Origin: Octopus bimaculoides
Lineage: Eukaryota
NCBI RefSeq assembly: GCF_001194135.2
Contig: NC_068983.1
Coordinates: forward strand, 54,234,596-54,267,916
Length of the DNA stretch: 33,321 nt
Reading direction: 5' to 3'
Shown here piece by piece: positions 12,101-21,954 of the stretch. The stretch's first letter is position 1, and each line of letters starts with the position of its first letter. A program made the position numbers and the translations under genes. Under the pieces are notes generated by a model. It did no database searches, was not told the origin of the DNA, and saw only the letters and a list, made by a program, of their open reading frames with translations.

Positions 12101-12810
12101 NNNNNNNNNNNNNNNNNNNNNNNNNNNNNNNNNNNNNNNNNNNNNNNNNNNNNNNNNNNNNNNNNNNNNNNNNNNNNNNNNNNNNNNNNNNNNNNNNNNN
12201 NNNNNNNNNNNNNNNNNNNNNNNNNNNNNNNNNNNNNNNNNNNNNNNNNNNNNNNNNNNNNNNNNNNNNNNNNNNNNNNNNNNNNNNNNNNNNNNNNNNN
12301 NNNNNNNNNNNNNNNNNNNNNNNNNNNNNNNNNNNNNNNNNNNNNNNNNNNNNNNNNNNNNNNNNNNNNNNNNNNNNNNNNNNNNNNNNNNNNNNNNNNN
12401 NNNNNNNNNNNNNNNNNNNNNNNNNNNNNNNNNNNNNNNNNNNNNNNNNNNNNNNNNNNNNNNNNNNNNNNNNNNNNNNNNNNNNNNNNNNNNNNNNNNN
12501 NNNNNNNNNNNNNNNNNNNNNNNNNNNNNNNNNNNNNNNNNNNNNNNNNNNNNNNNNNNNNNNNNNNNNNNNNNNNNNNNNNNNNNNNNNNNNNNNNNNN
12601 NNNNNNNNNNNNNNNNNNNNNNNNNNNNNNNNNNNNNNNNNNNNNNNNNNNNNNNNNNNNNNNNNNNNNNNNNNNNNNNNNNNNNNNNNNNNNNNNNNNN
12701 NNNNNNNNNNNNNNNNNNNNNNNNNNNNNNNNNNNNNNNNNNNNNNNNNNNNNNNNNNNNNNNNNNNNNNNNNNNNNNNNNNNNNNNNNNNNNNNNNNNN
12801 NNNNNNNNNN
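12101..12810. other. Assembly gap (710 N) inside a (TA)n tract
   Basis: N run flanked by (TA)n on both sides. Confidence 0.99.
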
Positions 12811-12861
<51 letters not shown>

Positions 12862-13283
12862 CACATACATATATGTATATATACACACACATGTGCATAC
12901 ATATATATACAAGTACACAAAGTTTATTACATTAATTTGCTTGAATATTGTGTGAATTTATAGCAATTCCTAAATGTAAAAGGTTCCATACAAAAATCCT
13001 CTCAGCGGAAGCTGTAATATCAATTAGTCACTGAAGACTTCTCAGTGCACTATGGAAGACAGGAAGACTAGAATCAGAATGAAAGTGAAAAGCCTGATTT
13101 AATAACCACAAGAGAGAGGCAAAAGTAGGAATGATATTAAAAAGGTCATATATGAAACTTCTCCCCTCCCCTATATACAACCCCTGAAATCATTATGCGG
13201 TGTGTGTTTGTATTCACACATTTTTCTCTGAGTGTGCGTGCGTAAATACATATAATGTTATATATATATATTTATATACATTA

Positions 13284-13340
13284 TATGTACCATCATCATC
13301 ATCAATTATCATCCACTTTCCATGCTGGCATGGGTTGAAC
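13284..13340 (-). mobile_element. Short RTE-type tail
   Basis: CATCATCATCATC...TTTCCATGCTGGCATGGGTTGAAC is the reverse complement of 16858-16920. Confidence 0.75.
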
Positions 13341-13909
13341 ATTACTACTACGTATCTCTTTTTTCCCCCCTCGTACTTCCTCTCTTTCTCTTTTCCTCTC
13401 GTTGCTCACCTATTCTTCTACTTCCTCCCTTTGTTTCTCCCTCTACCACTCTCTCTCTTCCCCTTACACCGGCATGGTCACATGCTTCCGGTCAATAATC
13501 CTTTTCTTCCTTGGCTATCGCCGAGCAAACACGCGAACTACCTCATCCCTACTTTCAAGTTCGTGCCTCACAGCGTTCATACACACATAATTTTTCTCGT
13601 CTGGCCGTAAAGCCTTTTCTGTTTGTTTTCCTGTCTTGTTTTTTGTCCACCACTACATTCCTCCATGGCAAGATTTAATTTGTGTATACAAATTTAATTT
13701 GCGGTCCATGGGAAGAGCCGTTTTAACGATGCGTCCTGCCCAGCTCTTCGAAACGCCGGTGTTAAAACGGGGGTAGCTGATGAAGTAGAATGTTCTCTCG
13801 TCTACGTTTTGTTTGCAATGTCCTGTACCCAGATATGCACCTATACATACAGGTGGATGTCGGTATGCACATACCTGTACGTATATATGCATATACTCAT
13901 TTACTATTT

Positions 13910-13912
<3 letters not shown>
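13340..13912 (+). mobile_element. Probable Penelope-like element 3' / pLTR-type fragment ending in (TA)n
   Basis: CpG-retaining block with a pyrimidine-rich part. 13747-13912 is homologous to 14737-14951, carries GAAAC and CTGATGA, and ends in (TA)n. The family assignment is inference. Confidence 0.45.
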
Positions 13913-13948
<36 letters not shown>

Positions 13949-14359
13949 TGTATAGTATTATATATCCATTACGGCTGATCTGATCAATCAGTTTTGCACT
14001 CAGGGTTCAACAGAGTGTTAGGTAACAGTCTGATTATGTAGCCCCGCACTCATTAGAGGTAGCTGTTATGGAATGGAATACACACACGCACACACATTTA
14101 TGTATTAGTTATGCAAGATTCTTGATGCGAACTCATGTGTTGAAACAGATATTGTTATACTTGAGGATGGTCATCATTTGTTAATTAAACACAAAGTAGA
14201 ATAGGCATGACAAGAGGACACTCATGGGACAGAAATTTGCTAAACAGCTCATAGAATGTGTAATGAAACAACCTTCACAAATAATGATAATAATAATAAT
14301 AATAATGCAAATAAATAGTGTATGTGTTTGATTGTGAAAAGATGACCATTGCCAGGTAT

Positions 14360-14418
<59 letters not shown>

Positions 14419-14736
14419 CAGAGAGAGAGAGAGAGATCAGATAAAAGAAGTGAAGTGATAGAAAAGATGTTTATTCCATTTCTTGACACCTGTTTTGTTT
14501 TCTGTGTTAGGTACATCAGTGACACTACATCATCTGTTACATGTATATAAATATACATATATACACCCATAAACACAATTGCAGTGAAACATAATACAAC
14601 TGTAATATAATGAACAAAGTACACATTGGAAAATCAAAACACCAGACTCATTCTTTGACATACCGAGAAATGTTCTTATCTGTGATGTGTTCATTATGTT
14701 ACAGCACAATTATATTTGTGTGTGTGCGTGCATGTG

Positions 14737-14948
14737 TTCGGAACGCTTAGTATAGAATGGTGGCAGCTGATGAAGGAAATGTTCTCTATGTGGCCTGTGT
14801 GTTTTCTGTGCTCTGTTGATGTTCTGTTTTTCATTTTGTCCACGTTTTTTTTGTGACGTCCTGTATGCAGATATGCATCTCTATATACATGTAAATGTAG
14901 GTATGTTCATACATGTGCGTATATATGCATATACTCACATATTATTTG

Positions 14949-14951
<3 letters not shown>
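14737..14951 (+). repeat. Second copy of the 13747-13912 repeat
   Basis: TTCG(A/G)AACGC ... G(T/C)AGCTGATGAAG ... ATGTTCTCT ... GTCCTGTA..CAGATATGCA.CT ... CGTATATATGCATATACTCA then (TA)n in both copies. Confidence 0.85.
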
Positions 14952-15025
<74 letters not shown>

Positions 15026-15126
15026 AACACACACATAAATAAAAAAAAATAGAGAGTTACTATTGACATACCAGTGAATTGGATGTTTAACAAACCCCTC
15101 TGAAGGAATTCTTTTCCTCAGTTTGT

Positions 15127-15161
<35 letters not shown>

Positions 15162-15164
<3 letters not shown>

Positions 15165-15226
15165 TCATCATCACCATCATCATCATTGTCATTATTTAAC
15201 GTCTGCTTTCCATGCTGGCATGGGTT
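15162..15226 (-). mobile_element. Short RTE-type tail
   Basis: (CAT)n...TTTAACGTCTGCTTTCCATGCTGGCATGGGTT. Confidence 0.8.
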
Positions 15227-15494
15227 ATATTAAAGGTTTGTAGGTAGATGGCACTTCGTTATGCAAACACAATATACTATGAAGTATACTAAATATTCTT
15301 ATAAGTCAGTACCACATCCCACTGCATCAGCAGTGCTTGTTACATTTTTTTAAGGTTGTTTCTACAGATATCTTATCAAAAGTACAGCCAGCATTGATTT
15401 TTGCTACAAGCTGCATTATTTTTAACAAAATGTTAGAAACTATAGTTTCTATGGAATATCTATAGAAACGACCTTAAATATATATATATATATA

Positions 15495-15840
15495 GGGTGA
15501 GTGTGACCCCCTTCGGTCATGAATGATCATGGGATTGCACCTAGAAAGTTACACTCCGAGGCACAAGTCTGGGCAAGGTTGTTTGTGGAAGACCAGCAGT
15601 TGCCCATGCATACCAGCCACCCCTCTCCACACCACTGATGTTATCCAAGAGAAATGCAAAGTGGCAGATACAGCTTGGCACCAGTGATATCGCAGCTCAT
15701 TTCTACAGCTGAGTGAACTGGAGCAACATGGAATAAAGTGTCTTGCTCAAGAACACAACACGCAGCCCAGTCCAGGAATCAAACTCACAACCTCATAATC
15801 GTAAGCTTGATGCTCTAATCACTGAGCCATGCACCTTCAC
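15495..15840 (-). mobile_element. tRNA-derived SINE family C-type head and core with a different 3' half
   Basis: The minus strand starts GTGAAGGTGCATGGCTCAGTGATTAG...GAGTTTGATTCCTGG...TTCTTGAGCAAGACACTTTATTCCATGTTGCTCCAGTTCACTCAGCTG. Confidence 0.88.
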
Positions 15841-16185
15841 AATATATATGTATATATATTGTGCGTGTATTTATTTGTGTGTGTGACAGATGATATAGTG
15901 TCACGTATGTAACTAACAGAATAAACATTTATTCTCTCACTTCACTTCTCTTATCTGGTCAATGTTTATACATTCTCTCCACCATTGCAATTTCTGGATT
16001 TTCATAATGGCAGTGAGGTTATATCCTATCCTTAATCACTGCCTCTCGGTAGCCATGCACCAGGCAACAAGCTTACAGTGAGCTCTGTTCAACTCTTTGA
16101 ATCAGTTCTTGTATACACACACACGCACTATATATATATATCTATATCTATCTAACTACAAATAAATAAATATATATATAATGTA

Positions 16186-16922
16186 AAGACCTGGGATGAG
16201 GTGGTGAAGCATGACCTTTGAACATTAGGCCTCACCGACGCAATGACTTGTGACCGAGACCTTTGGAAATATGCTGTGCGTGAGAAGACCCGGCAAGCCA
16301 AGTGAGACCAAAATCCAAGGCCTCTTTCAGGGGTGTAGCCAGCCCACTTATGTGTACCTTTCCTTCATTGGACACTAAACTCTGCTTGCGAAGACCTGTT
16401 GAGGCAAGTGAAATGGAAATTGAAAGAAATTCGATGACTGGCACCCAAGCCAACCTCTCCTTCATTGGACACTAAACTCGGCTTGCGAAGACCTGTTTGG
16501 GCAAGTGAAATCGAAATTGTGTTGGCACCTGTACCAGTGGAGCGCTAAGAGCACCGTCTGAGCGTGATCGTTACCAGCGTCGCCTTACTAGCACTTGTGC
16601 TGGTGGTATGTGAAAACATATTCAAGCGAGGTCATTGCCAGTGCCGCTGGACTGGCTCCTGTGCAGGTGACATGTAAAATACACCATTTTGAGCATAGCC
16701 ATTGCCACCTGACTGACCTTCGTGCTGGTGGCACGTAAAAGTGCCTACTACACTCTCAGAGTTGTTGGCGTTAGGAAGGGCATCCAGCTGTAGAAACTCT
16801 GCCAGATCAGATTGGAGCCTGGTGTAGCCATCTGGTTCACCAGTCCTCAGTCAAATCGTCCAACCCATGCTAGCATGGAAAGCGGACATTAAACGATGAT
16901 GATGATGATGATGAAGATGATG

Positions 16923-16923
<1 letters not shown>
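16186..16923 (+). mobile_element. 5'-truncated RTE-type LINE: last 40 codons of ORF2, ~600-bp 3' UTR and (GAT)n tail, inserted in (TA)n
   Basis: 16186-16305 translates KTWDEVVKHDL*TLGLTDAMTCDRDLWKYAVREKTRQAK*, matching the RTE/CR1-superfamily C-terminal 'KTW..V..DL..LGL....DR..W' pattern. The internal TGA is consistent with CGA decay. Confidence 0.85.
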
Positions 16924-16953
<30 letters not shown>

Positions 16954-17192
16954 TACAAACACACACTATGGTTTATTTAAGGTAATCCAGTGGCCTGTTA
17001 CTTCTCATGGCATGTGGTCCATGGAATTTCCACAGGAATTGAAGTAATCAGCGTAAAACAAACAGCTCAGTTATGGTATTGGGTAATTTTTTTCTATTTC
17101 CTAAAAATCAATGGATATCATATCAACATCTACATTTGAACATGATAGACCGATAAATAGAGAGAGAGAGAAAGAAAGAGAGGGGGAGAGAG

Positions 17193-17226
<34 letters not shown>

Positions 17227-17402
17227 ATAAGTTGTAGTACACCTGAGTACTGTATACAATAAGCTCATTATTATTATTATTATTAAACTTGCCTATCCAC
17301 TCAACTCAATGTATTGTGTTCTATGCAAGATAATGTTTGCACTTAGTAAAATATATTTTAATATACATTACAACTTTTACATAACAGCACATTTACCATA
17401 TG

Positions 17403-17434
<32 letters not shown>

Positions 17435-17444
17435 NNNNNNNNNN
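17435..17444. other. Assembly gap (10 N) in (TA)n
   Basis: Directly visible. Confidence 0.99.
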
Positions 17445-17478
<34 letters not shown>

Positions 17479-17914
17479 CCATAGCTTTGTGAATATAACT
17501 AACTTTGTAGCTGTGTTTGTGTAAGAATATATATACATATATATATATACACACATACACTTCAATATATCTATCTATCAATATACATATTGATTTTTCC
17601 TATATGTATTGATTTTCTACTTAGATGTAAAAGCGCTAATTTTTAAAGGAAAAAAAAACACTGACATAGTTTGACATTTATGCTTTTCTTAAGAGTATTA
17701 GCTGTGTAAGTAAAGTGGATTGTCCTTAGGAAATGTCTGAATGTCACTCAATCTTTATTCCCACCACCACACATACAATGCTGGATATTATTATTATTAC
17801 TATTATTACTATTATTATTACTATGATTATTGTTGTTGTTGCTGTTGTCATTATTATTATATAATACTTTCTAGGACTGGCACAATGTCACAGGTTTTGG
17901 AGGAAAAAGAGTAA

Positions 17915-18060
17915 TAGTTGATTTAATCATGATAAGTACTTGACTGATGGTACATATTGAAAGGCAAAGTTGAACTTGGCTGAATTTAAATGCAGGATGT
18001 AAAGAAGACACGTAGCTTAAATACCTGAAAGTATTTAATCCTATATTCCATCATGTGAAA
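17915..18060 (-). mobile_element. Old SINE family B fragment
   Basis: TGAAAGGCAAAGTTGAACTTGGCTGAATTTAAATGCAGGATGTAAAG resembles the B core. Confidence 0.6.
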
Positions 18061-18250
18061 CACTTCACCATTCCATTATTAATAACAGCAGTAGTAGTTG
18101 TAGTAGTAATTTCAATAATAATGATTTCTTTTATTGGCCACACGGTCCCAAGACATGGAGGACAATATCAAATGACTAGATACAACACACGAAACAGGTG
18201 GGGTTTACATTGACCAAGGGGAGATACTACAACTTTAAAAGATATATTAT

Positions 18251-18632
18251 CTCTTTCACTTGTTTCAGTCATTTGACTGCGGCCATGCTGGAGCACCACC
18301 ATTAGTCGAGCAAATCGACCCCAGGACTTATTCTTTGTAAGCCTAGTGCTTATTCTATCGGTCTCTTTTGCCGAACCACTAAGTTACGGGGGCGTAAACA
18401 CACCAGCATCGGTTGTCAAGCGATGTTGAGGGGACAAACACAGACACACACATATATATATACATCCATATATACGACGGGCTTCTTTCAGTTTCCGTCT
18501 ACCAAATCCACTCACAAAACTTTAGTCGGCCCAAGGCTATAGTAGAAGACACTTGCCCAAGATGCCACGCAGTGGGACTGAACCAGGAACCATGTGGTTG
18601 GTAAGCAAGCTACTTACCACACAGCCACTCCT
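18251..18632 (-). mobile_element. Full-length SINE family A copy
   Basis: Near-identical to 10948-11350 apart from the microsatellite length. Confidence 0.95.
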
Positions 18633-18900
18633 CACTCCTCCCTATTATGATGATTATAATAATCATAACGAGCACTCAGAAAACACAGATCTCCACCAAG
18701 GCAACACCAACATCCTTCAAAGCAACATCAACGTCCTCTCAATGGTTAACTGGAGATGATTTTTAAAATGAGAATATCTGAAATAAACTCAACTGTTCTC
18801 ACAAAGAAGAATACTAAAAATGAACCTGACAGCTCTCACAAATTAAGTAAAAAAACCCTTGTCCGGTACCTGATCGATTCCAATGGAATGTGAAGGTGTG

Positions 18901-18973
18901 TGTGTGTGGGTGGGCTGTGTTTGTAATGCTATGTGTGTGTGGGTGGGCTGTGTTTGTAATGCTATGTGTGTGT
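18901..18973. repeat. 33-bp tandem duplication (2+ copies)
   Basis: TGTGTGTGGGTGGGCTGTGTTTGTAATGCTATG occurs at 18901 and 18934. Confidence 0.95.
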
Positions 18974-19020
18974 CGTCAGCAGTGGGAATGGACAGTTTTC
19001 TCTATGAAGGTCTTTTTTAG

Positions 19021-19155
19021 TTTATCCACTGATATAATGTCTCTACGACCATTAAGGTCTATAGAGAAAAATTTATCTGTGTGTGTAAGGAAACGGAAAA
19101 GACCTGCATATGGTGCTATTAATGGAGGTTTAACAACATCGTTACACACAAAAAC
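19021..19155 (+). CDS. Possible 135-nt symmetric phase-2 exon, LSTDIMSLRPLRSIEKNLSVCVRKRKRPAYGAINGGLTTSLHTK; product unknown
   Basis: TCTTTTTTAG acceptor, AAC|GTGAGT donor, length a multiple of 3, only one open frame. No homology recognised. Confidence 0.25.
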
Positions 19156-19197
19156 GTGAGTCCAAGAATTAAAGCTTTCTTCAAGGCAGAGCTAGAA

Positions 19198-19510
19198 ACA
19201 CAATAGCCCAGTGGTTAGGGCAGCGGACTCGTGGTCAGAGGATCACGGTTTCGATTCCCAGACCGGGCGTTGTGTGTGTTTATTGAGCGAAAACACCTAA
19301 AGCTCCACAAGGCTCCGGCAGGGGGTGGTGGCGACCGCTGTTGTACTCTTTCATCCCAACTTTCTCTCACTCTTTCTTTCTGTTTCTTGAGTAACACATG
19401 CTATGGATTGGCATCCCGCCCAGTTGGGAGGGGGGACACATATGCCATAGAAACCGGGAAACCGGGCCCATGAGCTGGCTAGGCTTTAAAAGGGTGCATA
19501 AATAAATAAA
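19198..19510 (+). mobile_element. tRNA-derived SINE family E (tRNA-Arg-like head)
   Basis: A-box TAGCCCAGTGG (19204-19214), B-box GGTTTCGATTCC (19247-19258), CTCGTGG anticodon-loop-like segment, (TAAA)n tail. Confidence 0.88.
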
Positions 19511-19517
19511 ATAACTT

Positions 19518-20075
19518 GACTAGTTCTTATTTCACTGACCCTGAAAGGATTAAGGGCAAAATTGAACATGGCAGATTTTGAACCCAGAATATAAAGCTGG
19601 AAGTAAAGCCACTATACATTTTGTCCAATGCACTAATGATTCTGCCAGCTCAATGCATGAGCAACAACAACAAGAATCAAGAATGTGAATAATAATAATG
19701 GTGGTCCCTGATTTAGACACAAGGCCAGAAATTTTTAAGGGAGAGACTTAGTTGATAACAATGACCCCCAAAGAGATGAAAGACGTAGTTGTCTTTGGTC
19801 GGATTTGAATTCAGAATTAAGAAGCCAAAAGAAATACTACAAGACATTGATGCTTGATTCTTTCTGCCAGATTGCTACTTTTGATTTTGGTTTCAGTGGT
19901 ACAAGGCCTGCAATTTTGAGGGGAGGGAAGGGGAGGTTATCAATCAATACCATCGACCCCAATACTTGGTGGGTACTTTTATTTTTAGCAACCCTGGAAG
20001 AATGAAAGGCAAAGTTTTCATGAATGGGATTGGAACCCAGGCAGAAGAAATATCACAGTACATTTTCCTCAGTGC
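19518..20075 (-). mobile_element. Three tandem diverged SINE family B copies (~19518-19660, ~19700-19880, ~19885-20075)
   Basis: Each carries a version of GACCC.GAAAG.ATGAAAG.CAAAGTT...GGATTTGAA..CAG. Confidence 0.7.
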
Positions 20076-20080
20076 TCTGG

Positions 20081-20447
20081 AAGAAGAAGAAGAAGAAAAA
20101 GAAGAAGAAGAAAAAGAAGGAGGAGGAGGAAGTAAAAGAAGAAGAAGGAGGAAGAAGTAAAAGAAGAAAGAGAAGAGAAAGAAGAAGAAGAAGAAGAAGA
20201 AGAAGGAGGAGGAGGGAGAAGTAGAAAAGGAAAGAGAAGAAGAGAAAGAAAAAGAAGGAGGAGGAAGTAAAAGAAGAAGAAGGAGGAAGAAGTAAAAGAA
20301 GAAAGAGAAGAGAAAGAAGAAGAAGAAGAAGAAGAAGGAGGAAGAAGTAGAAGAGGAAAGAGAAGAGAAAGAAAAAGAAGGAGGAGGAAGTAAAAGAAGA
20401 AAGAGAAGAGAAAGAAGAAGAAGAAAAAGAAGCAGCAGCAGCAGCAG
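20081..20447. repeat. Polypurine (GAA/GGA) block with a higher-order ~123-135-bp repeat, ending in (CAG)n
   Basis: Anchor AGTAAAAGAAGA at 20131, 20266 and 20389; almost no pyrimidines on the plus strand. Confidence 0.95.
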
Positions 20448-21222
20448 TTGATGAATGTGAAAGGTCAAAACACGAACTAATCTAGAGAGAAAAAAAAAAT
20501 TGCTTTTTTGCTGATAACGAGATACAATATGAAATGGCAATTATTAAGAAAAAGTGTATTTTGTCACTTAAGTGATGGAAGTAGTAGTAGTAGTAGTAAC
20601 AGCAATAACAACAATAATAAAATAGTAAATAAACAAACAAAAAAAACACTTAGTAAACAAAATAAAAAATAAAAGAACAAAAGCTAGATTAAGGAATTGT
20701 GACTGGCTGGGTGTTTATTTTTTTGCATTTTTTTTTTGTAAATGTATGTATTTATTGTTTTTTTTTATAATTATTATTTTATTCCAATTAAAGTTTAGGC
20801 CAAGACGTTAAACAGGATGATTAAACATGGTCATATCTTCCAATTCACACATTTTATAATTGCAAAAGAGAGAGAAAAAATAACAGAAAAAAAATAAAGC
20901 AACCTTGATGAAGTAAATAGTATTTATTTCTCAGATGAAGAGCTATATCACACCTGTATTTCTCATGAATAATTTTCAACGTGATACAAGCAATAAAATT
21001 TTAAAAAACAACAACAACAACCACTATAAAACATCCTCTACTTCTTTACACATCACACAAGTTCGCTCGCTCGCTCATCGTCTCTACATCAAGAAACACT
21101 TGGTGTTCTCTTTAAGAAAAAAAAGCATAAAAAGAAAAGAGAAAATGAAAGACAAATTGAGAAAATGTTAATGTTAAACAAGCTACCAGAATTTCCAGAG
21201 TTGGCACTTACGTAATGATGCA

Positions 21223-21302
21223 CTATAGCTTTCCTAACACAGGTACACAGTCGTTAAACACACCTCCTTTCTTTTTCATCACCCATACTGTTTCACTAAG
21301 AC
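21223..21302 (-). CDS. Candidate stop-containing exon (exon 21212-21302), (G)LSETVWVMKKKGGVFNDCVPVLGKL*; product unknown
   Basis: TGTTTGATGTAG acceptor, TAC|GTAAGT donor 11 nt after the TAG, non-repeat sequence, followed by UTR-like AT-rich sequence. Confidence 0.35.
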
Positions 21303-21459
21303 CTACATCAAACATTGCAAGCAAAGCATTCCTTTCAAAGATCAACGGTCTACAATAGAACGTCAACAAACCCATATGTTGCAGGTTACCTGACTTGTGC
21401 CAATGAGACAGGCTGATATGTGGTCGCTCATCTTGCTAGAAAAAGTAGCCAAGTTTCCC

Positions 21460-21685
21460 TTAACCCTTTAGCATTCAGATTACTCTGTTAAACGTAACAT
21501 TTATTTATTTATACTGTTTTAGATTAATCACGCATTACCTTGTAGCTTCAAAATTTCAATGATTAGTGATTGAATATTTTTAGAATGACATTGTAGGGAC
21601 AATGTGAAAAGCCAGATCTGGTTGATCTGAAAATAAAACAGAATATTTGGGCCAGATATGACCTGTTCAAATACTACAGAGTTAA
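21460..21685. mobile_element. TTAA-flanked MITE (piggyBac-type ends)
   Basis: 5' TTAACCCTTTAGCATT and 3' AATACTACAGAGTTAA are imperfect TIRs; TTAA+CCC termini. Confidence 0.7.
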
Positions 21686-21954
21686 ACCCTTTTGGATACC
21701 AAATCTTTCTTTTTGTTCTAGGATACAAACTTCATGTTTTTAAATGATCTAAATTCTTTCTACTATAGGTAGAAGGCCTGAAATAAAATGATCTAAATTA
21801 AAACCTTCATCAAAATTTCCTGTTCATTTGTTTCAAACACCAGGTTTATAATGGTGAAGTTATTTTTGTCTAAATTCTTCATTATTTTCAAAATTAATTG
21901 GAACAAAAAGCAGTGAATTTCACTTCAACAGAAATATGGTAACAAAAAAGTTAA
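21682..21954. mobile_element. Second TTAA-flanked MITE family, abutting the first
   Basis: TTAAACCCTTTTGGATACC ... GGTAACAAAAAAGTTAA; the body is homologous to 23447-23760. Confidence 0.7.

Noticed and set aside
11754-12955. Longest ORFs in the track (271-388 aa)
   Set aside because: Artefacts of reading through 710 N and (TA)n.
13712-13770. HDV-like ribozyme reading of the pseudoknot
   Set aside because: P1/P2-like helices exist, but P3 is mismatched and the P1.1 GG and J4/2 catalytic C-N-R-A are absent.
19198-19270. Apparent tRNA gene
   Set aside because: A and B boxes are present, but there is no complete acceptor stem and it continues into a SINE body and tail.
19944-20540. 198-aa poly-F/L/S ORF and poly-E/K/R ORFs
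   Set aside because: Translations of the GAA/GGA repeat block.
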